A stretch of DNA of 63,073 bases, filler included, from Pelomyxa schiedti (taxonomy: Eukaryota > Protista > Evosea): assembly GCA_020536535.1 (NCBI GenBank). It is 14 parts of 14 records of this genome, joined end to end, with 100 filler letters (N's around TTAATTAATTAA, not from the genome) between each part and the next. Parts side by side here need not be neighbours in the genome. Positions count along the whole stretch, not along the records: positions 35,912 to 49,610 come from JAHLWZ010000356.1; positions 49,711 to 57,732 come from JAHLWZ010001332.1; 12 more parts are not named here. One strand, given 5' to 3'. The notes under the pieces are model-generated. The model did no database searches and was not told where the DNA came from. It was given only the letters and a program-made list of their open reading frames with translations. Numbering within the stretch: position 1 is the stretch's first letter; the number at the start of each line of letters is the position of its first letter. Below, piece by piece: positions 41,754-53,159 of the stretch. Made by a program: the position numbers and the translations under genes.

Positions 41754-44720
41754 ATGATGACAACAACGTCAAAGTCACGCAACGGGCCACGCGTGGGACC
41801 CGACAAGTGGTTCTTGGCCGCGTGTGATGGCGACAGTGACGCACTGCGGCGTATGCTGGCCGCCGACCGCGACCTTCTAAACTCTGTCTCCAACGAACGA
41901 CAGCTAGTGGTGTGAATTGCGTCGACAACCCTTTTTTTTTTTTCACACACACACAGACAGCGTTGCATGTGGCCACGTGGTCAGGGAAAGCACAGTGCGT
42001 TGAGTTCCTGTTGTCAATGAATGTCGATGTCAATTCTCAGGTATATGGGCCCTTATTTTTGAGGTGCTCACTCACTCATAAACTTGTATCTCTCACTTCA
42101 CAGATTGTGTGTAACACTATCCTGATTATGTTTTCATTCCCTTTCCTCTAAAAACGCAATTCCAGGGGGAGCCTGTACGTACTGCCATAACTCTCAATCC
42201 TTTTTATTGCGTTTACTCTTCAATTTTCTGACTTGTTTCAATTCATCTCTCTTTGCTTCACTCTGTGGCATGTTCAGTTTGTGTGTAACTGCTCCCAACC
42301 CTTTTTATTGCGTTTACTCTTCAATTTTCTGACTTGCTTCAACTTATCTCTCTTTGCTTCACTCTGTGGCATGTTCAGCATGTGCGTTACTGCTCCCAAC
42401 CCTTTTTATTGCGTTTACTCTTCAATTTTCTGATTTACTTCAACTCATCTCTCTTTGCTTCACTCTGTGGCATGTTCAGTTTGTGCGTAACTGCTCCCAA
42501 CCCTTTTTAATGCGTTTACTCTTCAATTTTCTGACTTCCTTAAATTCATCTCTCTTTGCTTCACTCTGTGGCATGTTCAGTCTGTGCGTAACTGCTCCCA
42601 ACCCTTTTTATTGCGTTTACTCTTCAATTTTCTGACTTGCTTCAACTTATCTCTCTTTGCTTCACTCTGTGGCATGTTCAGCGTGTGCGTTACTGCTCCC
42701 AACCCTTTTTATTGCGTTTACTCTTCAATTTTCTGACTTCCTTAAATTCATCTCTCTTTGCTTCACTCTGTGGCATGTTAAGTTTGTGCGTAACTGCTCC
42801 CAACCCTTTTTATTGCGTTTACTCTTCAATTTTCTGACTTGCTTCAACTCATCTCTCTTTGCTTCACTCTGTGGCATGTTCAGCCTGTGCGTAACTGCTC
42901 CCAACCCTTTTTTTTGCGTTTATTCATCAAATTTTCTGACTTACTTCAATTTTTCTATGCAACACTTTATATCCTTTTTGTTACTGTTGTTGTTGCCATA
43001 AGGGAGTAAGTCTCCACTCCCTGGCAGCTTTTGTTCTAACTTCTCGCGATTTTTCTGCTATTTTGCACTGTGGCAGATTGTATGAGCTCCACTCCTTGAA
43101 TCTTTCCTGTTCTCACCTTCTTATTTTTCAGCAAGTACAACTTTTTTCTTGTTCTTGCTGTGTCACTCATTTTTATCTTTTTTTGGCGATGTGGGAACAA
43201 CCAATCGTCAAGTTAAAGTGCCAAACTGTATACTAACCATTTTAACAAAGGGTGTTGGTTCATCTTGACAGCAGGACGGTGGCCAATGCCAACGACGCAC
43301 TTTGCGTGTTCAAAAGATGAGATCACGGAACTGAAGGCAAGAATCACACAATTGGAGGAAGAAAACGCAAAGAACCTGAATCTTCTCCATGAAGAAAGAA
43401 AACAACATGCGACCGCTCAACAAAGAATTAAAGAAATGAAACAAATCTATGAAGAAAGAGAAACAGACAACCAACAAAGATTTCGTGAGCTTCAACAACA
43501 ATGTGTTTGTGCTCTCCCCTTTCCTCCTTCCTTCCTTCTCCTTTCGGATCTTCTTTCTTTTTTGCGTTTCTCATTCATATGAATGCACATCATCAAGGGG
43601 AACATAATTCAGAGGTGTGTGTTGTTGTTGTTTGCCTTGGTGTTGACAATGACTGCAATAATAATCTCTTAACAACATGCATACACACAGATGGATCTCC
43701 AAAGGTTGCAAGAAAAGACCGTGTCTGACATGACTGCAAAGAACAAGGGTTATAACACACCTTCTTGCTCCTCCAGTTGAACTCATCATTGGCTCCCTCC
43801 TCATTGGGGGTTTTTCTTTCCCCTTTTCCCAAAGCAGAACTCATGGAGCTGGAGGCATACATAACAACATTGGAGGAAGAAAGTGCAAAGAACCTGAAAA
43901 GTTTCTGTGATGAGAGAGCATCTGACCAACAAAGATTTCGTGATCTCCAATGCTGTTTGCGCTTCTGCCCACTCCATTCCCTCCTTTTTTTTCTCAACCC
44001 CAGCCAGACACAACAGTGGTTGAGAATCATTGCCATGAGGTGGAAGCAACACTTGCCCAAGAACGTATCTCAGTTGCCAATCTGAACAAATCTCTCAAGG
44101 AGGAAGTTGACAGGTCCACATCATTCCAGGTTCGTTTCTTCCAACACCTTCATCCTTGAAATAGACACCCACAACATAGGACATCATCAACACGATGACA
44201 TCACTGATTACAGCAACTGCACCTGACTTCGGCGTTGAGAAACTCCTTGGAACTGGTTCAAATGCAGCTGCGTTCAAGGTTCAATACCTCACTGCATTTG
44301 ACAACAACAACGTCAGAAGCAGTGCTCTCACAACCTCATCCACAACAACAAAGAGAGGGAGAGACATGGTGATGAAGGTTCTTTTCAACTGGGAAAACAC
44401 ACCACACCAGACGATGCTGAGGCAGAAATACATGGCTGAGTGCATGACCCTCTCGTTGATTCCAAATCACCCAAACATTATCCACCCTCTTGGTGCAATT
44501 GTAATTCCAGGGTGTGTGCATTTTTCCTCCCTTTCTTTTGGGAAACCAAAGAACCAACCAAATCTGCTCTCTGATCTCTTTTCACAGTCTCCCGTCTGCG
44601 TATGTGGAGAAAATACCAAGTGACAAATCATTTTTCAGGAATGAACTGTGCACTCACAAATCACTTGCCATTCTCATGCCTCATGCTGGGATCACCTTGG
44701 GGGAATTTCTCTGTGCCTTG
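41754..44720 (+). CDS. Ankyrin + coiled-coil + PINK1-like kinase, interrupted by a ~1.2-kb insertion and truncated at the gap
   Basis: WFLAACDGDSDALRRML..|TALHVATWSGKAQCVEFLLSMNVDVNSQ; duplicated coiled-coil exons (~43316 and ~43836); kinase N-lobe LGTGSNAAAFK..MKVLFNWE..HPNIIH. Confidence 0.75.
42190..42950. repeat. Tandem array, 101-bp unit, about 7.5 copies
   Basis: Unit ACTGCTCCCAACCCTTTTTATTGCGTTTACTCTTCAATTTTCTGACTT..TGTGCGTA starts at 42288, 42389, 42490, 42591, 42692, 42793 and 42894. Confidence 0.97.
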
Positions 44721-45790
44721 NNNNNNNNNNNNNNNNNNNNNNNNNNNNNNNNNNNNNNNNNNNNNNNNNNNNNNNNNNNNNNNNNNNNNNNNNNNNNNNN
44801 NNNNNNNNNNNNNNNNNNNNATAGAACGCTTGCCGGGTATTGTAGGTATGATCCTCATGATTTCCGCGCTAATCTCATTGCAGAGTGCATGCTGGTAGTG
44901 CCGAAAATGATCGCTTCAGTGCCGGAAATGTCCGCTTCCATATCGGAAATATCCGCTTCAGTGCAGGCTGATGTGCCATTCCACAACATCACAATCGCGA
45001 TTCCACCATGCTGGAACTTTCCTTGCCACTATGCCACCTTGTCAGATACACTCTCCTTTCGCCAGGATACCTCCAAAACCACCATACAAGAACGCCATAA
45101 TAAAATAATGTGTGGTTTGGGGTTTTATTATGCCTTAGAAGGGAAAAATCGGCATAACAGAGTGTCACAGAGAACAACAGCTTGTTGTAGTGCATGTGCA
45201 GAAGCAATGTAGTGCAGACAGAGTCGTTGCCAAAACGCTTGAGCATCTCCCGTTGGTGCGAACGACCAATGAACAGAATGAACAAGAAAACAACAGGAAA
45301 ACGATGTTGCTGAAAGAGTGGTAATAACGCGAGTGTACAACGATAAGAACGTCGAAGTAGATGTGCACGAGTGTGTAGTGCAAGAGTAGCACCACAGTAG
45401 ATAGAAAAGATAATGACGACGATGAAGCATAACGAAGGTGCAATGCGAAAATGCTTGCAAAACGATGCGAATGAAAAGAGCAACAGAGCAACGCAACGAA
45501 GCAACAGAATGCGATGTCACCGCATGGATGTTGAAGTACTCGAACGTAGCATGACGAGCGAAGCAGTGTTATGCAATAGCAATGTGCCGATGCGAAGATA
45601 ATCGCCGATGATGTCGATTCGCCGATGAACGAAGAGAAACAGTGTCAAGATGATGTAGAACATGTCAACAGCGTGAGCCAGATGACTGTCAACAGCGAGC
45701 CATGTGTCGTGTCACTGTGATTGATGTCGATCTTGATGATTCAGATTCCAGGATGTTGAAGTGCTTGTGAGGGTCAAAACACCCATCCTC

Positions 45791-46130
45791 CACCATATGT
45801 TTCCTTCAGTGGGTGGGAAGGAAACTGCACCAAAGGAGAACAAAGAGGCACAAAGTATTTTATTCATCTTGGAATGGACGGATACATTTGGGTGTGTTTG
45901 TGTTGAGGTTTTTTTGTATATTCGTATTTTTGTGTAGAAATGAGGTGACTCGGTGTGTGTGTTTATAAAGGATTCCAAAGTCAAGGGAAAGGTCTTGGGT
46001 ATCTCGATGATCTTTCTGTGAACTTGATTTCCGAACTTGGTAAGTGATGACTCAGCCTCTGAGTCTCCAGTCTCGAGTCTTGCGAGTGTGCCTTGCGCAC
46101 AGTTTGCCTGTGTGTTCGCAGAATCACACA
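45791..46130 (-). repeat. Dispersed ~340-bp repeat, copy 2
   Basis: Reverse complement of 41177-41519 with a few substitutions and indels. Confidence 0.9.
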
Positions 46131-46194
46131 CCACACAACACACATGCAGCATATAATAACACAGCACCACACCAACAATTCTAATTCTGTCAAA

Positions 46195-47594
46195 CAGACA
46201 CAATGGTGGTTGAGAATCATTGCCATGAGGTGGAAGCAACACTTACCCAAGAACGTATCTCAGTTGCCAATCTGAACAAATCTCTCAAGGAGGAAGTTGA
46301 CAGGTCCACATCATTCCAGGTTCGTTTCTTCCAACACCTTCATCCTTGAAATAGACACCCATACAACATAGGACATCATCAACACGATGACATCACTGAT
46401 TACAGCAACTGCACCTGACTTCAGGGTTGAGAAACTCCTTGGAACTGGTTCAAATGCAGCTGCGTTCAAGGTTCAATACCTCACTGCATTTGACAACAAC
46501 AGCATCAGAAGCAGTGCTCTCACAACCTCATCCACAACAACAAAGAGAGGGAGAGACATGGTGATGAAGGTTCTTTTCAACTGGGAAAATACACCACAGC
46601 AGACGATGCTGAGGCAGAAATACATGGCTGAGTGCGTGACCCTCTCGTTGATTCCAAATCACCCAAACATTATCCACCCTCTTGGTGCAATTGTAATTCC
46701 AGGGTGTGTGCACTTTTCCTCCCTTTCTTTTGGGAAACCAACCGAAGAACCAAACAAATCTGCTCTCTGATCTCTTTTCACAGTCTCCCGTCTGAGTATG
46801 TGGAGAAAATACCAAGTGACAAATCATTTTTCAGGAATGAACTGTGCACTCACAAATCACTTGCCATTCTCATGCCTCATGCTGGGATCACCTTGGGGGA
46901 ATTTCTCTGTGCCTTGCTGAGTACCTCCAACAAGGAGAAAGTTCTTGAAACAGTACTGACGATATTTGTTCAAGGAACCAAAGCCATCCAGCACATTGAG
47001 GCGCATTCCATTGTTCACAGGTAACTGCCCGGCTGAGTCTGTTGCCATCACACACACAGAACCATAGAGACTCACACACAAACACACACACAGGGACATC
47101 AAACAAGACAACATCCTCATTGCACCAGAGAGTGGGAAGCTGACTCTGATTGACTTTGGTGAGGCACAGCAGTGTTGCCCACCAAACATGGAGATGATGA
47201 TCACAGCAACGACACAGCCGTGGGGCAACACAGGCACAATGCCTCCTGAGCTCAGCATGTTCCTCAAAGCAACGGCAACAACGAGAGGAGGGCCAGTGCG
47301 TGCCGGTCCCGCTTTGTTCTCACTCTCCAAGTGTGACTCTTTTGCCCTCGCACTCACGTTCTGGGATGCCCTGCTCCCACCATCACGCAAGTTCATTGGG
47401 AGCACAATGAACCACGACATGAGCCTGTTCAACACCAAATCCCTCCTCAATCACTTCCTGTCCCCTTGTTTTCCTCGTTGTCGTCATCATCATCACTGGC
47501 AGCCAGATCACTTGAGTCAGTGATGATTGGGATGATGAACCCAGACAAGAATGCCAGGGTGTCAACCTCTGATGCAATCTCATCACTTGTCTGA
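46195..47594 (+). CDS. PINK1-like kinase domain (second copy of 44005-44720, continuing to the C-terminus)
   Basis: HR|DIKQDNIL, LIDFGEAQ, WGNTGTMPPE, SKCDSFALA, VMIGMMNPDKNARVS..*; frame change near 47457. Confidence 0.8.
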
Positions 47595-47751
47595 TCGTGA
47601 GAAAAAAAAAAAAAACCACGCTGCCCCACATTGTGGATCAACGTTAGCCGCACCCATGCCCTTTTTTTTTTCTCTCCTTTGTAGTGTGGTGTGTCGCCAA
47701 TCCGGCAATCATCATCAACTCCCAATTTTCCTCATCATTGTTAACGCACAA

Positions 47752-48954
47752 ATGGGCTCAAACGAATCGTCAAATCAACGTGTAGCAGCAGCACCAACAA
47801 CGAAACAATCACCATCACAACCACAAACTACAACCGCCAAGTCACAAGTGATGGCCATTCTTTGTGCCCCAGCCACAAATGGTGCTCCACAGTCATTGAT
47901 AAAATGGGTACAATCAACGGCACTATTCAGGGCGTGGGCTGAGGACTGGGTGCTGTGTCCAAGCGAAGAGGCCGTGTTCGGGCTCCCAGTCCAGAATCAG
48001 TACTTGCACGTTGTTGTGTCACCCACTCTGGGGCTTGTTGGTCGGTCTTTGTTCTCACACAATGGCAAGGTGTGTGGGTGCGTGGGACACAACAGGATTC
48101 TGTTGGAATCTCTGAATTTCAGACGGGCCAAGTCCTATGAAATCAAGCAAGTGGGTTGTGGTACCAGTAGTGGAAGAAGAAGGACCACCGTTTTACCACT
48201 GGAAGGGTCCGTCTCCTCACCATTGTGCAACAGGAAGTGGCTCATTGGGTTCCCAAACTTTGCCAAGACTTGCCTTTGGAAGATTGTTGGAGGTGCTTTG
48301 TCCTCAGAGGATGGTCCTGGTGTTCACTTGGCTGGGATCTCCGTGAGTGACAGCCTTCTGCAGTTCTCACCACTTTGTGATGATGTTGTGATGATTTATT
48401 CCTCTGACCCAGTCGTTGGCAGCTGTGTGCTGTTCTGTGACCTGCAAGCCAGCTTCAACCAGAACAAAGTGGTGGTGACATCCAAGTCGAAGTGCAGTTG
48501 CTTTGAAAACCTGAAGGGTATTGTGTTGAAGCCTGGTGGCTCCCTTTGCACGTTGCATTTTGACTCCACCCACCACGGCGTTCTTGTGGACATGACAACT
48601 GAGGAGGAACAAGTTGTGGCACGGTTTCCACAGTTTGCCTTCGCAACCCCAGTTGGCAGGAATCATCTGTTTGTGAGGGCTCAAAGGGATTACTCCAAGT
48701 TCAAGGTGTACAACGTCGAAAACATGAAACTGACAGCAACACCATGCACATGGGCGTGCCCAGCAATTCCGTGGCAGTCAGGTCTCGTTGCTCACAGTGG
48801 TGATGTGAGTATCAGTGAAACTTCCACTAAAGTCACATTCACGATCTGCGATGTTGCCACAGGGTTCTGTGTCTGCCACTTCCTTATCGCCTTTGACACC
48901 CTTTGTGGTGATGCCTTTGAGACTGATTCCTATTTGTATGATAATTCCCTTTGA
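47752..48954 (+). CDS. Intact intronless RAWAEDWVL-family protein with an MGxxxS myristoylation-type start
   Basis: MGSNESS start; ~400-aa open frame; paralogs at 49064 and 10101-10866. Confidence 0.8.
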   Translation: MGSNESSNQRVAAAPTTKQSPSQPQTTTAKSQVMAILCAPATNGAPQSLIKWVQSTALFRAWAEDWVLCPSEEAVFGLPVQNQYLHVVVSPTLGLVGRSLFSHNGKVCGCVGHNRILLESLNFRRAKSYEIKQVGCGTSSGRRRTTVLPLEGSVSSPLCNRKWLIGFPNFAKTCLWKIVGGALSSEDGPGVHLAGISVSDSLLQFSPLCDDVVMIYSSDPVVGSCVLFCDLQASFNQNKVVVTSKSKCSCFENLKGIVLKPGGSLCTLHFDSTHHGVLVDMTTEEEQVVARFPQFAFATPVGRNHLFVRAQRDYSKFKVYNVENMKLTATPCTWACPAIPWQSGLVAHSGDVSISETSTKVTFTICDVATGFCVCHFLIAFDTLCGDAFETDSYLYDNSL

Positions 48955-49063
48955 CCACAAGTGGACTTGGGTGAAAATTTCATTCGAATACTCATCATTT
49001 TCGAAGTAAATACAACGACGTGCCCCGTCACAAGCACTAAAGCCACAAACATAAATAATACTG

Positions 49064-49610
49064 ATGGGCTCAAATGAGTCATCAAACCAAAGTGCAAGAA
49101 CACCAACAAAGCAACCACGTCCCAAAGCAACGACGGCCAAGTCACAAGTGATGGCCATTGTTTGCGCCCCAACAACCACCCAAAAAAGAGGTCGTTGTTT
49201 CGTACCTAGTAGTGCTGCAACACCAGCACAACTGGCGCAACCAACCACGATATCTGCACCTACAATAACGACAACGACAGAATTGGCTGCCTGTGTTCCA
49301 CAATCAATGATACAATGGATACAATCAACAACGTTGTTCAGGGCGTGGGCTGAGGACTGGGTGCTCAGGCCAGGCGAAGAGGCCGTGTTCAGGCTCCCGA
49401 TATGGACTTACTACTTGCACGTCGTTGTGTCACCCACTCTGGGGCTTGTAAGCCACTCTGTGTTCACACACGATGGCAGGGTGTGTGGGTGCGTGGGACA
49501 CAACAGGATTCTGGTGGAATCGGACTCTGATTGTCGGAGGGAAAAGATGTACCAAATTGAGGATGTGGGTCGTGAGACAATGCCCAGCAGGAAGTCCGCT
49601 GCTCCTGGAC
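49064..49610 (+). CDS. Tandem paralog of the RAWAEDWVL family, truncated
   Basis: MGSNESSNQ..TTAKSQVMAI..FRAWAEDWVL..VSPTLGLV..CGCVGHNRIL. Confidence 0.8.
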
Positions 49611-49710
49611 NNNNNNNNNNNNNNNNNNNNNNNNNNNNNNNNNNNNNNNNNNNNTTAATTAATTAANNNNNNNNNNNNNNNNNNNNNNNNNNNNNNNNNN
49701 NNNNNNNNNN

Positions 49711-52700
49711 CGACACATCCCCCCAGACACGCTGCCCAACACAACGACCACCACCATCACCAACAACAGCCCCCCCCTCTGTCCCCCCCCTCCCCCTCCC
49801 CCTCGTCTCCCGCAGCCCCAACCTCCAACAGCTCCACCTCCGCCACCACCACCACCTCGCTCCCGCCGGCGGCGGTCACTGCTCCCCCAGGCACCGACGA
49901 CCCTGCCTCCACCCCAGCTACATTACCCAGCACCCCCGCACCGACGCCAACACCAAGCGCCACCACCATCAGCAGCAGCACGCGGCATTCCCACACAAGC
50001 ACCGCCACCAAGAAGAAGACGACGGAGGGGGGGCGGAGGAGGAGGCACCACCACCGCGGGCGGTCCCCGCCCCGCTCCGCCGCCGCCACCGACCACGACC
50101 ACGACCACGACCGCACCCCACCGAACCCGCCCCCGCCCTCGCTCTCGCCCGGTCTATCAGTACCCCCTTCTTCTTCTTCTGCGTCGTCGTCATCTGCCGG
50201 AAGGAGTGCGTTGGGGCTGGTGCTTACAGGAAACGACGACGACGGCGCCACTGTGGGTACCATTGAAAAACAAGGAGAGGGAGGTGGTGGAGGAGGAGGA
50301 GGAGACGGCGGGGTTGGTGGTGATACAGAGTGGTTGATGCAGAAGCTATCCTCCCTGCTCATGGGCGGCCGCGGCTATGGTGGTGGTGCTGGTGGTGGAT
50401 TGTCATCGACTGATGAGGATGACTCAAACCGTTGGAAACGAGCAGGAGGGCCCCCCGACGAAGACGACGACGACGATTTGCCAGATAGGCTGTGTGTCCT
50501 TCGCTGTCTGGATATTATAAATATATGTGGGGCGTATTACTCGAGGAAGGGATAGTAATTTTCTTTTAAATAAAGGGAAAGAAAAGCCGTCCTGATATAA
50601 TTACTCCAGAGGAGAGGATGAAAGCACGCTGGGTGGTGTGGATGATGACTATGGCATGAGAGGTATTGGTGGAGGGCCTGAGTTCGAGTACGAAATGAGG
50701 CAATTCGTGAGGGATGCTGTTGAAAAGCAAAAGAACATGATTAGAGTCTCCAAGCTGGGCGGTTTCTTTGAACAATTCAGCACGAGATGGGCAGAAGAGA
50801 AGTCTCTTCTATCAGCACCCAATTCGACTGAAAGTGACAGTACTACCGACTTGAATCGCCGACTGTCAAAAGTTACAAAGCTGAAGGAGGAAGGAAATAA
50901 ATTCTACGGTAGTGACAAGTATTCTGATGCTCTCAACTACTATAGTGATGCGTTGAATCTCTGCACATCAGCACCAGAAAATCCTCTCGTAACTGAGGTA
51001 GTATCTTTCTCTTTGATTCAAACCTTATATCCTATCATAGACAACCAATATCCTTCTTAGTAATATTGCTGCAGTATTTGTAAAAAGACAGGAGTGGTAC
51101 GACGCCATAAGTTGCACTTCACAGGTTCTCACTTTTGACCCAACGAACCAAAAGGTAATATATTTATTTCCTTCCGCCCTTTAAAATATCTGGTTTTAGG
51201 CGTTGTATCGACGAGCCTTAAGCTTTTTCAATGTGGGAAAATATACCGCATGTAGGACCGACCTTGAGAAGTGCTTAAGAAACTGTAATTATTATGTTTC
51301 TTAATCATTCTCTGTAACAAGGTGTACTCGAGAGCCATTACAGCCAGGTGCGCAGATTAACCCTGCAAAAGCACCAGTGAATCATTTGTGGTCCCAGCTC
51401 ACGGAGATATTAAATAAAGACAATAATTCTGCCACTTGCCCTGTGACCGCCCCGCCAACGGAAGAAACTGGAAGTGGGACGCCAAGTTCTAAACCTCATA
51501 CTCATCAACACCATCACACATCAACTTCTTCCTCAAAGCACACCTCTCATAATCGCACCCACACGCATTCCCATACCCACGAACATACAACGCAACTGGA
51601 TGCCACTGAAATGAGGAGATTACTGGAAGAAATTAGCCCATCTGACCTCCGAAAAGGGTAGGCTATCCACAATTGCAAGGACAAATTGTTAACTAATTTA
51701 AGGTACACAGTTCCCCAGATTGCCCAAGCACTTAATGACTTGATAACATTGGATGGACTTGGGGAGAGTGAGTTATTCATGTGGACAGCAGGGGCACTGC
51801 GGAAGCTTTCCAAGTTACTGGGCAGTGTCGAGGAGTATGCACAGCTCATGCGCTGTGTCTGTTATAATTGGAATCCTCAGCAGGCAGGGAAACCCTTGGG
51901 GAATCAATTTTTCTAATGATAACAACAGATTTCCCAACTCCTGTTGGAATGCAGCAAGCTTTCAATGAAGAAGGGACAATCGTGGGAGGGCAATTGGGAG
52001 CAAACTTTGGAATTCCTGATGGAATTCTTAAAATTCTATCTCCCAGGTACACGTTTCCAGCCGTGCTGCAAAAATATGTTGTAACATCGCAGGTTGGAAG
52101 AGAATAATTGTAGAGCCACTCCTTGAATCCTGGAACAAAATGGAAATGTGGCTACTAGCGGATTTTAGGTACCTCACCATTTCCCGATCTTTGTCACTAA
52201 CTACCCTTTAAACTAGATGTGCTCTCATTCCCGACTTGCGAATCGAGAGGCAAGACCGAGAGTGGTTAGCATGGAAGCTCTTTTACAACAACGAGTGTGA
52301 CGCCATTGCATCAAAAACTTCCAATACCTCGTTTACAACAGACGACGGCCGCGCAATTCCACTACCTCCCTGCGAGCAAAGAAGTACCTTATCTGATGGC
52401 GGTAGAATGTGTGTATTCCTTCAGAAGGAACATACCTAATTCCCCACAACCGGTCTAATTGCCTTTCACACAGGGACTTCATCCGGCTTCATGCAGTTGC
52501 CACCGCTCACAACAACAAAGAGGTAATTCAACAAGTAGAGCAGTGTGTACCCCAGTGCAGCGGCTATAACGAGGGCTCAACTCTCCTGCACCACTTCTCA
52601 CTACTGGGCAGATGGGCCGTTGTTATGTTCCTCCTTGAGAGAGGCCTGAGGCCCACTGTGCTCAATGATGCCGGCCAGACCGCCCTCGACGTGGTCACAT

Positions 52701-53128
52701 CCAACTGCAATGTAAACGTAGACAATGACACATCACCACTGTCACCAGCAATGACTGCACAACTGGGAGAATCCCTCCTCGGCCTCTCATCAGCCTCATC
52801 GGAGATAGCATCAAACATCACCGGCACAACAACAACAACAAGTGCAACTGCAACAACAGTCACGTCATCGTCGACGTCAACAACAGCAACTGCAGGAAAC
52901 AGAATAGCCAATAGCCAGGAGCTGGCGGTTCTATCCGGAAGTGAAATTGACTATGACAGAACGGCCTATGTGCTGAACAACTGGCTGCAACTGTCACAGC
53001 TGTGTTCCTCACAAAAATCAGCAGCACCAATAAAAAGCACTACCCCAACACCAAATGCAGAATCCTCATCAAAAATAGTACCACCAACAGATCCGCAAAA
53101 TAAAACTGATGATAGTAATACCTTGTGA
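49711..53128 (+). CDS. TPR + ankyrin-repeat protein with a low-complexity N-terminus, multi-exon
   Basis: KLKEEGNKFYGSDKYSDALNYYSDAL, ILSNIAAVF, KALYRRA (TPR); GSTLLHHFSLLGRWAVVMFLLERG..NDAGQTALD (ankyrin). Confidence 0.8.
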
Positions 53129-53159
53129 AAGAAAAAGAGTACACAGAAAAGAAGTATTC

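Noticed and set aside
42435-42943. TAA-as-Gln alternative genetic code
   Set aside because: Conserved genes here (TAM41, BEACH) end in TAA and show no in-frame TAA in the exons examined
42190-42950. CRISPR array
   Set aside because: Units are near-identical over their full length with no unique spacers; eukaryotic context and no cas genes
47440-47520. Programmed -1 frameshift before kinase subdomain XI (similar shift near 36300)
   Set aside because: No slippery heptamer and the shift positions differ. A 47-nt GT..AG intron (from 47460) or independent indels explain it equally well
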